A DNA stretch of 64,000 nt from an uncultured Bacilli bacterium (GTDB lineage: Bacteria; Bacillota_I; Bacilli_A; RF39; UBA660): NCBI GenBank assembly GCA_910589375.1, contig CAJUTK010000002.1:3133-67132 (forward strand). Reading direction: 5' to 3'. Shown piece after piece: positions 55,744-64,000 of the stretch (its first letter is position 1; each line of letters opens with the position of its first letter). Made by a program: the position numbers and the translations under genes. The notes below the pieces were generated by a model. That model saw only the letters and a program-made list of their open reading frames with translations. It had not been told where the DNA came from and did no database searches.

Positions 55744-56652
55744 ATGGTTAAAATAAATTATGTTTCTTTTAGTGATTATAGGAAAAGTGTTTTACAAAAG
55801 GGAAGAAAATTATTTTCTTCTGATAGTAGTGATTTTTATCAAGTAGGTTTGAATAGTGTTTTAAAAGATTACCAATATCATAAATTGCCAGCAGATGGAG
55901 ATTTTTTATTACATTTATTAGAAAGCTGGAAAGAAATTTTGATAGAACAGTCGAAGTTAACTAGCTTTGAAGAATTATTAAAGGCAGATGAACTTTGGTT
56001 AGTAGATGGATATTTAAAAGGAATTGAGATGCCAATGATGCCATCTAATATGATTGATTTTGAAGATTATATTACTGCTTGTAAAACCAATATGAGAGAA
56101 ATTTGTGAAAAATTTTCTCTCTTAAATACTCTATTTGAAAAAGGATCTAATTTGGGGTTAGTATTTTTAGACAGTACTACGAAAGGAAATTTGAAAATGA
56201 ATCCAAATACGTCTAGCTTTCTTTTCTTAGACGGTGAGGGAATTCAGACAAAGCAAATATTTCCGTTCACAGCAACTGACTTTTTAAATTTAGATGAAAA
56301 TAGATTTATTATGTATAAGTATTTAAAGGAAGGCAAAAAAAGTCTTTATGCTACTTTAGATACTAATCGTTTAATAATACTAACATACTTTATAAAGTTA
56401 TGCACAAGATATGTGTGGATTACAGAACATTATTCTGGTATGCCACCACAAATTGCGATGGAGTTAGTATTAAAAGAAATTGGACTTGCTAATGATGAAT
56501 TTTTAGCGCCTATTATTCGTACAATCTTTAGAAGAGGAGAGATTCCTAAAATAGAAAGTGATAGATGGCAAGAATTTGGACGTGCTTATACATTAGTGCC
56601 AGCTAGTTATGGTGGTATTAAAGATGGCGGTTATGCTTTTAAAAGAAGATAA
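55744..56652 (+). CDS. Hypothetical protein
   Basis: No recognisable motif. Confidence 0.35.
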   Translation: MVKINYVSFSDYRKSVLQKGRKLFSSDSSDFYQVGLNSVLKDYQYHKLPADGDFLLHLLESWKEILIEQSKLTSFEELLKADELWLVDGYLKGIEMPMMPSNMIDFEDYITACKTNMREICEKFSLLNTLFEKGSNLGLVFLDSTTKGNLKMNPNTSSFLFLDGEGIQTKQIFPFTATDFLNLDENRFIMYKYLKEGKKSLYATLDTNRLIILTYFIKLCTRYVWITEHYSGMPPQIAMELVLKEIGLANDEFLAPIIRTIFRRGEIPKIESDRWQEFGRAYTLVPASYGGIKDGGYAFKRR

Positions 56653-56758
56653 AATCTGTGTTATTTATTGACAATAATCCTTTAATATGATAGATTATTG
56701 TTAGACACAAAGAGGTGTTTTTATTTTGAAATAAAAACAGAAAGGAATTTGGTGGAAG

Positions 56759-56938
56759 ATGAAAAGTATTGCAAGATTTTTTGTAGGTGTAAAACAAGAG
56801 ATGGGAAAAGTTAGATTTCCTAATAAAAAAGAGATGGTAAATTATTCTTTAGCAACTATTACATTCGTTGTTGTATTTGCTTTATTCTTTGTTGCATCTG
56901 ATGCTATCTTAGGAGCTTTAGTGAAGGTGTTAGGATAA
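56759..56938 (+). CDS. secE: Preprotein translocase subunit SecE (59 aa)
   Basis: MKSIARFFVGVKQEMGKVRFPNKKEMVNYSLATITFVVVFALFFVASDAILGALVKVLG*. Stop overlaps the nusG ATG. Absent from the ORF track because <60 aa. Confidence 0.8.
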   Translation: MKSIARFFVGVKQEMGKVRFPNKKEMVNYSLATITFVVVFALFFVASDAILGALVKVLG

Positions 56939-57474
56939 TGGAAAAAGAATGGTATGTTGTTAACACTTATTCAGGGCATGAGAATAAGGTAAAAGAAAAA
57001 TTAGAGATGCGTGCTAGTACAATGGGTATGGAAGATTATATCTTTCGTGTAGTTGTACCTGAACAGACTCAAGTTGAAGTAAAAGATGGAGTAGAAAAAG
57101 AAAAAAAATCAAAAATGTTTCCAGGTTATATATTAGTAGAAATGGTTATGACAGATGAAGCATGGTTTATCGTACGTAATACTCCAGGTGTTACAGGATT
57201 TATCGGTTCTTCTGGTAAGGGAGCTAAACCATTCCCATTAACTCCACAAGAAGTGGATAAGATTCTAGGAAATATGGGTATGAGCAGATTAGATATCGGT
57301 AACGAAGTACAAGTAGGAGATACAGTACGTGTTATTAATGGAGCATTTGCTAATATGTATGGTAAAGTTAAGAATATCGATTTAGCAACTCAGAAATTAG
57401 AAGTAGCACTTGATTTATTCGGTCAAGAGACAATCGTTGAAGTTGAGTTCAACGAAATTGAAAAAACAAACTAA
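56938..57474 (+). CDS. nusG: Transcription termination/antitermination factor NusG
   Basis: WYVVNTYSGHENKVKEKLE; KOW motif. Confidence 0.9.
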   Translation: MEKEWYVVNTYSGHENKVKEKLEMRASTMGMEDYIFRVVVPEQTQVEVKDGVEKEKKSKMFPGYILVEMVMTDEAWFIVRNTPGVTGFIGSSGKGAKPFPLTPQEVDKILGNMGMSRLDIGNEVQVGDTVRVINGAFANMYGKVKNIDLATQKLEVALDLFGQETIVEVEFNEIEKTN

Positions 57475-57480
57475 AAAAAG

Positions 57481-57509
57481 TTTACAAAAGTATTATTTTA
57501 TGTTATTAT
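57481..57509 (+). promoter_or_regulatory. Promoter TTTACA-17-TATTAT for rplK-rplA
   Basis: tttaca at 57481-57486 and tattat at 57504-57509. Confidence 0.45.
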
Positions 57510-57606
57510 GTAAGGGCTATGTGGAAATTCATAGCTTTTAGTGGGAGAGTTTTAAATAGCGGATTCATTAGAACCACGGCGAAAAAAATTATAGGAGGTG
57601 TTTTTC

Positions 57607-58029
57607 GTGGCACAATTAGTTAAAAAGATTAAGTTACAAATTCCAGCAGGAAAAGCTACACCTGCTCCACCAGTAGGTACAGTTTTAGGACCAGCAGGAA
57701 TTAATTTGCAAGAGTTTTGTACAAAGTACAATGATGCAACTAAAGATAAAATGGGAGATATTTTACCAGTTGAAATTAATATTTATGAAGATAGAACTTT
57801 CGACTTTGTAATTAAGACTCCACCAACTGCATTCTTAATTAAGAAAGTTGGAAATATTAAGAAAGGTTCAGCAACTGGATCTAAAGGTGTTGTTGGTAAG
57901 TTAACTAAAGCACAAGTTAGAGAAATTGCTGAGATCAAATTACCAGACTTAAATTGCTATACTGTTGAGGAAGCAATGAAAATTGTTGAAGGAACTGCCA
58001 TCAATATGGGCGTTTCTATCGAAGAATAA
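57607..58029 (+). CDS. rplK: 50S ribosomal protein L11 (GTG start)
   Basis: AQLVKKIKLQIPAGKATPAPPVGTVLGPAGIN. RBS ggaggtg. Confidence 0.9.
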   Translation: MAQLVKKIKLQIPAGKATPAPPVGTVLGPAGINLQEFCTKYNDATKDKMGDILPVEINIYEDRTFDFVIKTPPTAFLIKKVGNIKKGSATGSKGVVGKLTKAQVREIAEIKLPDLNCYTVEEAMKIVEGTAINMGVSIEE

Positions 58030-58104
58030 TAAAAATAAACATAGGGATTCCTATGTGGGAGGAAAATCCGCTTTCCATCACTACCACACGAGGAGGTTAA
58101 AAAT

Positions 58105-58800
58105 ATGAAAAAAGGAAAAAAATATGTAGAAGTTGCTTCTAAAGTAGAAAAAGGTAAATTATATACAAAAGAAGAAGCTGTAAAACTAGTAAAAGAAACT
58201 AGCACTGCAAAATTTGATGAGACAGTAGAATTAGTATTACGTTTAAACTTAGATACTAAGAAAGCTGATCAACAATTACGTGGTGCAACAGTATTACCAA
58301 ATGGTATTGGTAAAGTTAAAAAAGTATTAGTTCTTGCTAAAGGAGAACAAGCAAGCCTTGCTAAAGAAGCTGGAGCTGATTATGTTGGAGATACTGACAT
58401 GATTGAAAAAATTGAAAAAGAAAACTGGTTCGATTTTGATACAATCATTGCAACTCCAGATATGATGCCACAACTTGGTAAAATTGGACGTGTTTTAGGA
58501 CCACGTGGTTTAATGCCAAACCCTAAAACAGGAACAGTTACAATGGATACTAAAAGAGCTGTTGAAGATGTTAAAAAAGGACGTGTTGAATATCGTACAG
58601 ATAGTTTCGGTAACGTTGCTGTATCTATCGGTAAAGTTTCATTCGATGCTGAGAAGTTACAAGGAAATATGGAAGCATTCGTTTCTTTAATCCTTAAGAC
58701 AAAACCTGCAGCAGTTAAAGGTAAATACATTAAGAATATTAGTATTTCTACAACTATGGGTCCTGGTATCAAAGTAGATTCTAATAGTTTTGAAATTTAA
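58105..58800 (+). CDS. rplA: 50S ribosomal protein L1
   Basis: Conserved L1 sequence. Confidence 0.9.
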   Translation: MKKGKKYVEVASKVEKGKLYTKEEAVKLVKETSTAKFDETVELVLRLNLDTKKADQQLRGATVLPNGIGKVKKVLVLAKGEQASLAKEAGADYVGDTDMIEKIEKENWFDFDTIIATPDMMPQLGKIGRVLGPRGLMPNPKTGTVTMDTKRAVEDVKKGRVEYRTDSFGNVAVSIGKVSFDAEKLQGNMEAFVSLILKTKPAAVKGKYIKNISISTTMGPGIKVDSNSFEI

Positions 58801-58981
58801 TATTGATAAACCACATAAATTATGTTATAATAGGCTCATGTGAGCAAGATAGTACCGTAGACAGTAGGGGATGAAAATCTTAATTATCCTACCGAGGACT
58901 TAATTTAATTAAGAAACTCTAAAGTCCCTGCGGTAAGTGGGGACTTTTTTAACGGTATTACACAAGATAAGGAGGTGTAAT
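58801..58981 (+). promoter_or_regulatory. rplJ (L10) leader with attenuator hairpin
   Basis: Structured leader: a bulged hairpin gtaggggat...atcctac and a terminator-like aaagtccc-(11 nt)-gggacttt + T6 at 58921-58950. Confidence 0.45.
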
Positions 58982-59476
58982 ATGGCTAATCAAAAAATAC
59001 TAGATCAAAAACAAGCAGTAATTGATGAAATCGTAGAAAATGTAAAAAATTCTAGTTCTTTCATTTTTATGGAGAACCATGGACTTACTGTTGCTGAAAC
59101 AATGGAATTAAGAAGAGCTCTTAAGGAAAGTGGTTCAGAACTAAAAATTTACAAAAATACGTTAGTAAATCGTGCATTAACTTCTATGGATATCAATTTA
59201 TCTGATGAATTAAATGGTCCAAAGGTTGTAGCATTTGGTAAAGATGCAATTGAACCAATTAAGGCTGTTGCTAAATTCGCAGAGAAACATCCTAACTTAG
59301 AATTAAAATTAGGACTTGTTGATGGTGAAGTTACTGATCTAGCAACTTTAAAGAAATTGGCTACTATCCCATCAAGAGAGGGATTACTTACAATGTTTGC
59401 TGGTGGTTTAATGGGTATTGCAAGAGATTTCGCAATATGCTTAGACTTACATGCTAAAAATTTAGAAGAAAAATAA
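58982..59476 (+). CDS. rplJ: 50S ribosomal protein L10
   Basis: MANQKILDQKQAVIDEI... Confidence 0.9.
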   Translation: MANQKILDQKQAVIDEIVENVKNSSSFIFMENHGLTVAETMELRRALKESGSELKIYKNTLVNRALTSMDINLSDELNGPKVVAFGKDAIEPIKAVAKFAEKHPNLELKLGLVDGEVTDLATLKKLATIPSREGLLTMFAGGLMGIARDFAICLDLHAKNLEEK

Positions 59477-59503
59477 AAATGAAAAATTAAAGGAGGAAAT
59501 AAA

Positions 59504-59878
59504 ATGGCAAAATTAAGCGCACAAGAAATTATTGATTCTTTAAAAGAAATGACACTTTTAGAGATTAAAGAAGTAGTAGATTTAATGAAAGAGGAATTTG
59601 GTGTTGACCCATCTGCAGTAGCAGTAGCTGCACCAGCTGCAGGTGGAGCTGCAGCAGCTGAAGAAGGACCTTCTTCAGTAGACGTAGTATTAGCAAGTGC
59701 TGGTGCTAACAAGATTAACGTTATCAAGATTATTAAAGAAATCACTGGATTAGGGTTAGGTGAATCTAAGGCAATCGCTGATAACGGTGGCGTTGTTAAA
59801 GAAAAAGTTTCTATGGATGAAGCTAATGAAATGAAAGCTAAATTTGAAGAAGCTGGCGCTACTATCGAATTAAAATAG
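59504..59878 (+). CDS. rplL: 50S ribosomal protein L7/L12
   Basis: Ala-rich hinge; C-terminal VKEKVSMDEANEMKAKFEEAGATIELK. Confidence 0.95.
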   Translation: MAKLSAQEIIDSLKEMTLLEIKEVVDLMKEEFGVDPSAVAVAAPAAGGAAAAEEGPSSVDVVLASAGANKINVIKIIKEITGLGLGESKAIADNGGVVKEKVSMDEANEMKAKFEEAGATIELK

Positions 59879-59899
59879 TTTATTATAAAAAGTGGTTTA

Positions 59900-59937
59900 G
59901 CCTGTGCCGTTTTTGGCACGGGCTTTCACCGTTTTTT
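59900..59937 (+). terminator. Rho-independent terminator after rplL
   Basis: gcctgtgcc-gttttt-ggcacgggc followed by tttcaccgtttttt. Confidence 0.6.
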
Positions 59938-59959
59938 AAAGAGTAGTAGGAGTGATATC

Positions 59960-60544
59960 ATGTCTCATTATTTTATGAACGATGATTCTATTGCAAGTGA
60001 AGAAAAAGTAACGAAAGCAATGATTCAAGGACAACTATTTACTTTTTGGACAGATTATAATGTATTTTCTAAAAACGGCCTTGATTTTGGAACTAGGACA
60101 CTTTTAGAAAGTATAGATATAAATAGTTTAAAAGGGAAAGTATTAGATTTTGGTTGTGGATATGGTCCTATCGGAATATTCTTAGCTAAAAACAATTTAG
60201 AAGTAGATATGATAGATGTTAATTTACGAGCACTGAATCTAGCTAAAAAGAATGCTTCTGTTAATGGGGTAAACGTTTCTATTTTTGAAAGCGATATCTA
60301 TTCCAATGTTACAGAAAAGTATGATTATATCATTACGAATCCACCCATTCGAGTAGGAAAAAAGATACTATATGAAATCTTAATAGGAGCTAAAGCACAT
60401 TTAAAGAAAGATGGTACATTAATCTTTGTTATTAACAAGGATCAAGGTGCAAAATCAGTGGCTAGAGATATGGAAGAATTTTATCAAGTGGATATATTAG
60501 AAAAAAATAAAGGTTTTTATGTAATTGCTTGCAAAATCCGTTGA
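59960..60544 (+). CDS. ybxB: Class I SAM-dependent methyltransferase (YbxB/RsmC-like small-domain MTase)
   Basis: VLDFGCGYGPIG; TNPPI; conserved position between rplL and rpoB. Confidence 0.7.
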   Translation: MSHYFMNDDSIASEEKVTKAMIQGQLFTFWTDYNVFSKNGLDFGTRTLLESIDINSLKGKVLDFGCGYGPIGIFLAKNNLEVDMIDVNLRALNLAKKNASVNGVNVSIFESDIYSNVTEKYDYIITNPPIRVGKKILYEILIGAKAHLKKDGTLIFVINKDQGAKSVARDMEEFYQVDILEKNKGFYVIACKIR

Positions 60545-60569
60545 CAATTTGAACAGTGTTTGGTAAAAT
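60541..60569 (+). promoter_or_regulatory. Promoter TTGACA-17-TAAAAT for rpoB
   Basis: Overlaps the 3' end of ybxB. Confidence 0.4.
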
Positions 60570-60640
60570 TATAAATTGGTGGCATGTATTATTCTGCCTA
60601 ATACGTGCATTCTAAAAAATTTAGTTTATGGGGTGAAAAA

Positions 60641-63600
60641 GTGGCTTATACAGTTAAAAAATACGGGGATTACCGTGAAAGAAGAAGTTATGCAAAAACT
60701 AAAAATGCAATTGAATTGAACAATTTGTTAGAGATTCAAAAAAAGTCATACGATTGGTTTATGACAGAAGGAATTAATGAAGTATTTGAAGATATTTTTC
60801 CAGTAGAGAGTTTTACTGGTAATTTGACGTTAGAGTTTGGAGAGTACTCGTTTGAAGAGCCAAGATATTCCATTAAGGGTTGCAAAGATCGTTATGCGAC
60901 ATATGCAGCTCCTTTAAAAGTGCAAGCAAGATTATTCAATCATGAAACAGGGGAAGTAAAAGAGCAAGAAATTTATTTGGGGGACATGCCTATTATGACA
61001 GAAAGTGGAACTTTCGTTATCAATGGTGCAGAACGTGTTATTGTGTCACAATTAGTTCGTTCTCCTAGTGCTTATTATGGAAAAGATATTGATAAGAAAA
61101 ATGGTAAGCTTATTATTACTTCTCAAATTATTCCAACACGTGGTACTTGGTTGGAGTATGAAACAGATGCAAGAGATGTTATCTATGTACGTATTGACCG
61201 TACTCGTAAAGTGCCAGTAACAACTTTACTTAGAGCATTAGGTTTATCTAATGATGCAGATATCTATGATTTATTTGGAGAAGATGAATATCTTACTCGT
61301 ACTATTGAGAAAGATGCAAATAAGAATACAGACGAATCTTTAATTGATATCCATTCTAAATTAAGACCAGGTGAACCATCTACTTTAGATAGTGCTAAGA
61401 ACCAATTAATTTCAAGATTCTTTGATTCTTTCCGTTATGATTTAGCGAAAGTAGGTCGTTACAAATTTAATAAAAAATTAAATGTAACAGAAAGATTACT
61501 AGGCTGCAAACTAGCAGAAACTATTAAAGTTGGAAAAGAGACTATTGCAGAAGCTGGAGATGTTGTAACAAAAGATTTATTAGAAAAATTAAAGCCAGTT
61601 TTTGAATCAGGATATGGTGTTAGAGAATCTTTAATCAATGAAGAATTAGATAGTTATAACAAAGTACAAGTAGTACATGTTTATTCTAATACTAATCCAG
61701 ATAAGATTGTTCCAATAATTGGAAATGATCAAACATTAGATTTAAAGAGATTAACTATCTCAGATGTATATGCAACAATTTCTTACTACTTAAATTTACA
61801 TGATGGTATTGGTAATTTTGATGAAATTGATCACTTATCTAATCGTCGTGTACGTCAAGTAGGAGAATTATTACAAAACCAATTCCGTGTTGGTATTAGT
61901 CGTATTGAAAGAGTAATCCGTGATAGAATGTCTACACAGGATATTGCAGAAGTAACTCCAAAAACATTAATCAATATTAGACCATTAACAGCTGCTATTA
62001 AAGAATTCTTTGGAAGTAGTCAGTTATCACAATTCATGGATCAGACAAACCCAGTAGCAGAGTTAGCGAATAAACGTCGTTTATCTTCTCTAGGACCTGG
62101 TGGGTTATCAAGAGATCGTGCTGGTATGGAAGTACGTGACGTTAACCCATCTCACTATGGAAGACTTTGTCCAATTGAATCTCCAGAAGGACCAAACATT
62201 GGACTTATTACAGCTTTAGCAAGTTACGCTAAAATTAATGAATATGGATTTATTATGACTCCATATCGTAAAGTAATTGACGGTAAATTAACAGATGAGA
62301 TTGTCTATATGACAGCTGATGAAGAATTGGATTATCACATTTCTCAGGCTACTGTTAAGCTTACAGATGATGAAAAATTTGCAGATGAACGTGTTCCAGT
62401 ACGTTATCGTGGTGAGAACATTATCATTCCATCAAAAGATGTTGATTATATGGACGTATCTAGTCAACAAGTTGTATCTATTACAACAGCTGGTATTCCA
62501 TTCTTGGAACACGATGATGGAAAACGTGCCCTAATGGGTTCTAACATGCAACGTCAGGCTATTCCATTATTAAAAGCAGAAGCTCCAATCGTTGGAACTG
62601 GAATTGAAGCCATTTCCGCTCGTGATAGTGGTGCTGTTATCATTGCAAAAGGTGATGGTATCGTTGACTATGTAGATTCTAGAAAAATATTAATTAAGAC
62701 AAAAGGTGGAACAGATACATATTACTTAAATGGATTTGACCGTAGTAATGCTGGAACTTGTTATCACCAAGTACCTATCGTTAGAGTAGGAGATACTGTA
62801 CATAAAGATCAAGTTATTGCTGATGGTCCAAGTACAGAACATGGAGAAATGGCATTAGGTAAAAACGTTCGTGTAGCATTCATGAACTTCAATGGATATA
62901 ACTATGAGGATGCCGTTATCTTAAATGAGAGATTAGTAAGAGATGATGTCTATACTTCTATTCATATTCAAGATTACCAAATTGAATGTCGTGATACGAA
63001 GTTAGGACCTGAAGAATTTACAAGAGATATTCCAAACGTAAGTGAGGAAAATCGTAAGAACTTAGATGAAAATGGTATCATTGCAATTGGAACAGAAGTA
63101 AGAGACGATGATATCTTAGTAGGTAAAGTTACTCCAAAAGGAATGGCTGAACTTACATCAGAAGAAAAATTATTACACGCAATCTTTGGTGAAAAGACTC
63201 GTGAAGTTCGTGATACTTCTCTACGTGTACCACATGGTGGTGGCGGAATTGTTCACGACATTAAAGTATTTACAAAAGAAGATACAGACGAACTTCCTGC
63301 TGGTGTATCTAAAATTATTCGTGTTTATATCGCACAAAAACGTAAGATTACAGTAGGAGATAAAATGGCTGGACGTCATGGTAATAAAGGTGTTATTTCC
63401 CTAGTATTACCAAGTGAAGATATGCCATATACAGCTGATGGTGAACCAATTGATATTTTACTTAACCCACTTGGAGTTCCATCTCGTATGAACATTGGAC
63501 AGATTCTAGAAATGCATTTAGGTGCCGCCGCTAAAGAATTAGGTATCTATGTAGCAACCCCAGTATTTAGTGGTGCTACTCGTGAAGAAATTATTGATTC

Positions 63601-64000
63601 TTTAAAAGAAGCAAACTTAGATGAAGATGGAAAGATGGTACTATACGATGGACGTACTGGTGAACCATTTGATCACCGTATCAGTGTAGGTATCATGTAT
63701 ATGATTAAACTACACCACATGGTTGATGATAAATTACATGCTCGTTCAACAGGACCATACTCAATGGTTACTCAACAACCATTAGGTGGTAAAGCACAAT
63801 TTGGTGGACAGAGATTTGGAGAAATGGAAGTTTGGGCACTTTATGCATATGGAGCTTCTCATGTACTTCAAGAAATGATGACTATTAAATCAGACGATGT
63901 TGTTGGACGTGTTAAAGTATATGAATCTCTAGTTAAGGGAACCCCAATACCAAAATCTGGTATCCCAGAATCATTTAGAGTATTAATTAAAGAGTTCCAA
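60641..64000 (+). CDS. rpoB: DNA-directed RNA polymerase subunit beta (5' part; continues beyond the window; GTG start)
   Basis: [22 protein letters not shown]...; beta-subunit motifs [13 protein letters not shown] and [13 protein letters not shown]. Open frame to the window end. Confidence 0.95.
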   Translation, partial: MAYTVKKYGDYRERRSYAKTKNAIELNNLLEIQKKSYDWFMTEGINEVFEDIFPVESFTGNLTLEFGEYSFEEPRYSIKGCKDRYATYAAPLKVQARLFNHETGEVKEQEIYLGDMPIMTESGTFVINGAERVIVSQLVRSPSAYYGKDIDKKNGKLIITSQIIPTRGTWLEYETDARDVIYVRIDRTRKVPVTTLLRALGLSNDADIYDLFGEDEYLTRTIEKDANKNTDESLIDIHSKLRPGEPSTLDSAKNQLISRFFDSFRYDLAKVGRYKFNKKLNVTERLLGCKLAETIKVGKETIAEAGDVVTKDLLEKLKPVFESGYGVRESLINEELDSYNKVQVVHVYSNTNPDKIVPIIGNDQTLDLKRLTISDVYATISYYLNLHDGIGNFDEIDHLSNRRVRQVGELLQNQFRVGISRIERVIRDRMSTQDIAEVTPKTLINIRPLTAAIKEFFGSSQLSQFMDQTNPVAELANKRRLSSLGPGGLSRDRAGMEVRDVNPSHYGRLCPIESPEGPNIGLITALASYAKINEYGFIMTPYRKVIDGKLTDEIVYMTADEELDYHISQATVKLTDDEKFADERVPVRYRGENIIIPSKDVDYMDVSSQQVVSITTAGIPFLEHDDGKRALMGSNMQRQAIPLLKAEAPIVGTGIEAISARDSGAVIIAKGDGIVDYVDSRKILIKTKGGTDTYYLNGFDRSNAGTCYHQVPIVRVGDTVHKDQVIADGPSTEHGEMALGKNVRVAFMNFNGYNYEDAVILNERLVRDDVYTSIHIQDYQIECRDTKLGPEEFTRDIPNVSEENRKNLDENGIIAIGTEVRDDDILVGKVTPKGMAELTSEEKLLHAIFGEKTREVRDTSLRVPHGGGGIVHDIKVFTKEDTDELPAGVSKIIRVYIAQKRKITVGDKMAGRHGNKGVISLVLPSEDMPYTADGEPIDILLNPLGVPSRMNIGQILEMHLGAAAKELGIYVATPVFSGATREEIIDSLKEANLDEDGKMVLYDGRTGEPFDHRISVGIMYMIKLHHMVDDKLHARSTGPYSMVTQQPLGGKAQFGGQRFGEMEVWALYAYGASHVLQEMMTIKSDDVVGRVKVYESLVKGTPIPKSGIPESFRVLIKEFQ

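Noticed and set aside
56715-56740. Hairpin gtttttattt-tgaa-ataaaaac upstream of secE
   Set aside because: AT-only stem without a following T-run. Could be coincidental in AT-rich DNA.
58380-58772. 130-aa minus-strand ORF
   Set aside because: Antisense to rplA.
59149-59919. 256-aa minus-strand ORF with low-complexity Ala/Ser/Pro translation
   Set aside because: Antisense to rplJ-rplL. The composition reflects the complement of Ala/Glu/Lys-rich ribosomal genes. No RBS.
62319-62534. 71-aa ORF on the + strand
   Set aside because: Lies entirely inside rpoB in another frame; spurious.

Overview
This is an AT-rich (~30% GC) low-GC Gram-positive chromosomal segment (Firmicutes; gene content suggests Erysipelotrichia/Clostridia-like), running from the 3' end of tuf to the 5' half of rpoB. 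The backbone is housekeeping, all on + strand unless noted: topA, radC-mreC-mreD (no mreB), recA, rny, mgtE(-), rpsU-yqeY, rplS, lepB, rbgA, mrnC, rlmB, sigH, secE-nusG-rplK-rplA-rplJ-rplL-ybxB-rpoB, two FemAB-family peptidoglycan bridge enzymes (both -), an aquaporin/GlpF, a ZIP metal transporter, and a PAP2::DgkA (undecaprenyl-PP phosphatase::undecaprenol kinase) fusion. Several accessory modules are embedded in this backbone. (1) Two orphan ComGC-like type IV pilin genes, one fused to a roughly 500-aa domain of DUF285-like 26-aa repeats that are encoded by near-identical 78-bp DNA tandem repeats. (2) A BadF/HgdC-type activase with two DUF2229 partner genes and a divergent Cys-rich mini-protein. 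(3) A decayed two-peptide (class IIb-like) bacteriocin locus: a C39-peptidase ABC exporter with a homopolymer frameshift that removes the catalytic-Cys N-terminus, a short accessory protein, two double-glycine-leader peptides (the first has no canonical start), and an overlapping single-TM immunity candidate. (4) A ClpX-paralog AAA+ unfoldase carrying a novel ~370-aa N-terminal domain, with a small upstream partner gene. (5) A ~14-kb neighbourhood enriched in nucleotide-pool sanitation and base-excision enzymes: three NUDIX, an ITPase-like protein, a Mug-like glycosylase, an HhH-GPD/FeS glycosylase, a UDG-like protein, an HD small-alarmone-hydrolase-like protein and a deoxynucleotidase. (6) A frameshifted geranylgeranyl-reductase-like flavoprotein pseudogene. 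(7) Three genes inserted between sigH and secE. No rRNA, tRNA or CRISPR array was recognised. All calls come from reading the sequence and motifs by eye; no database search was run.
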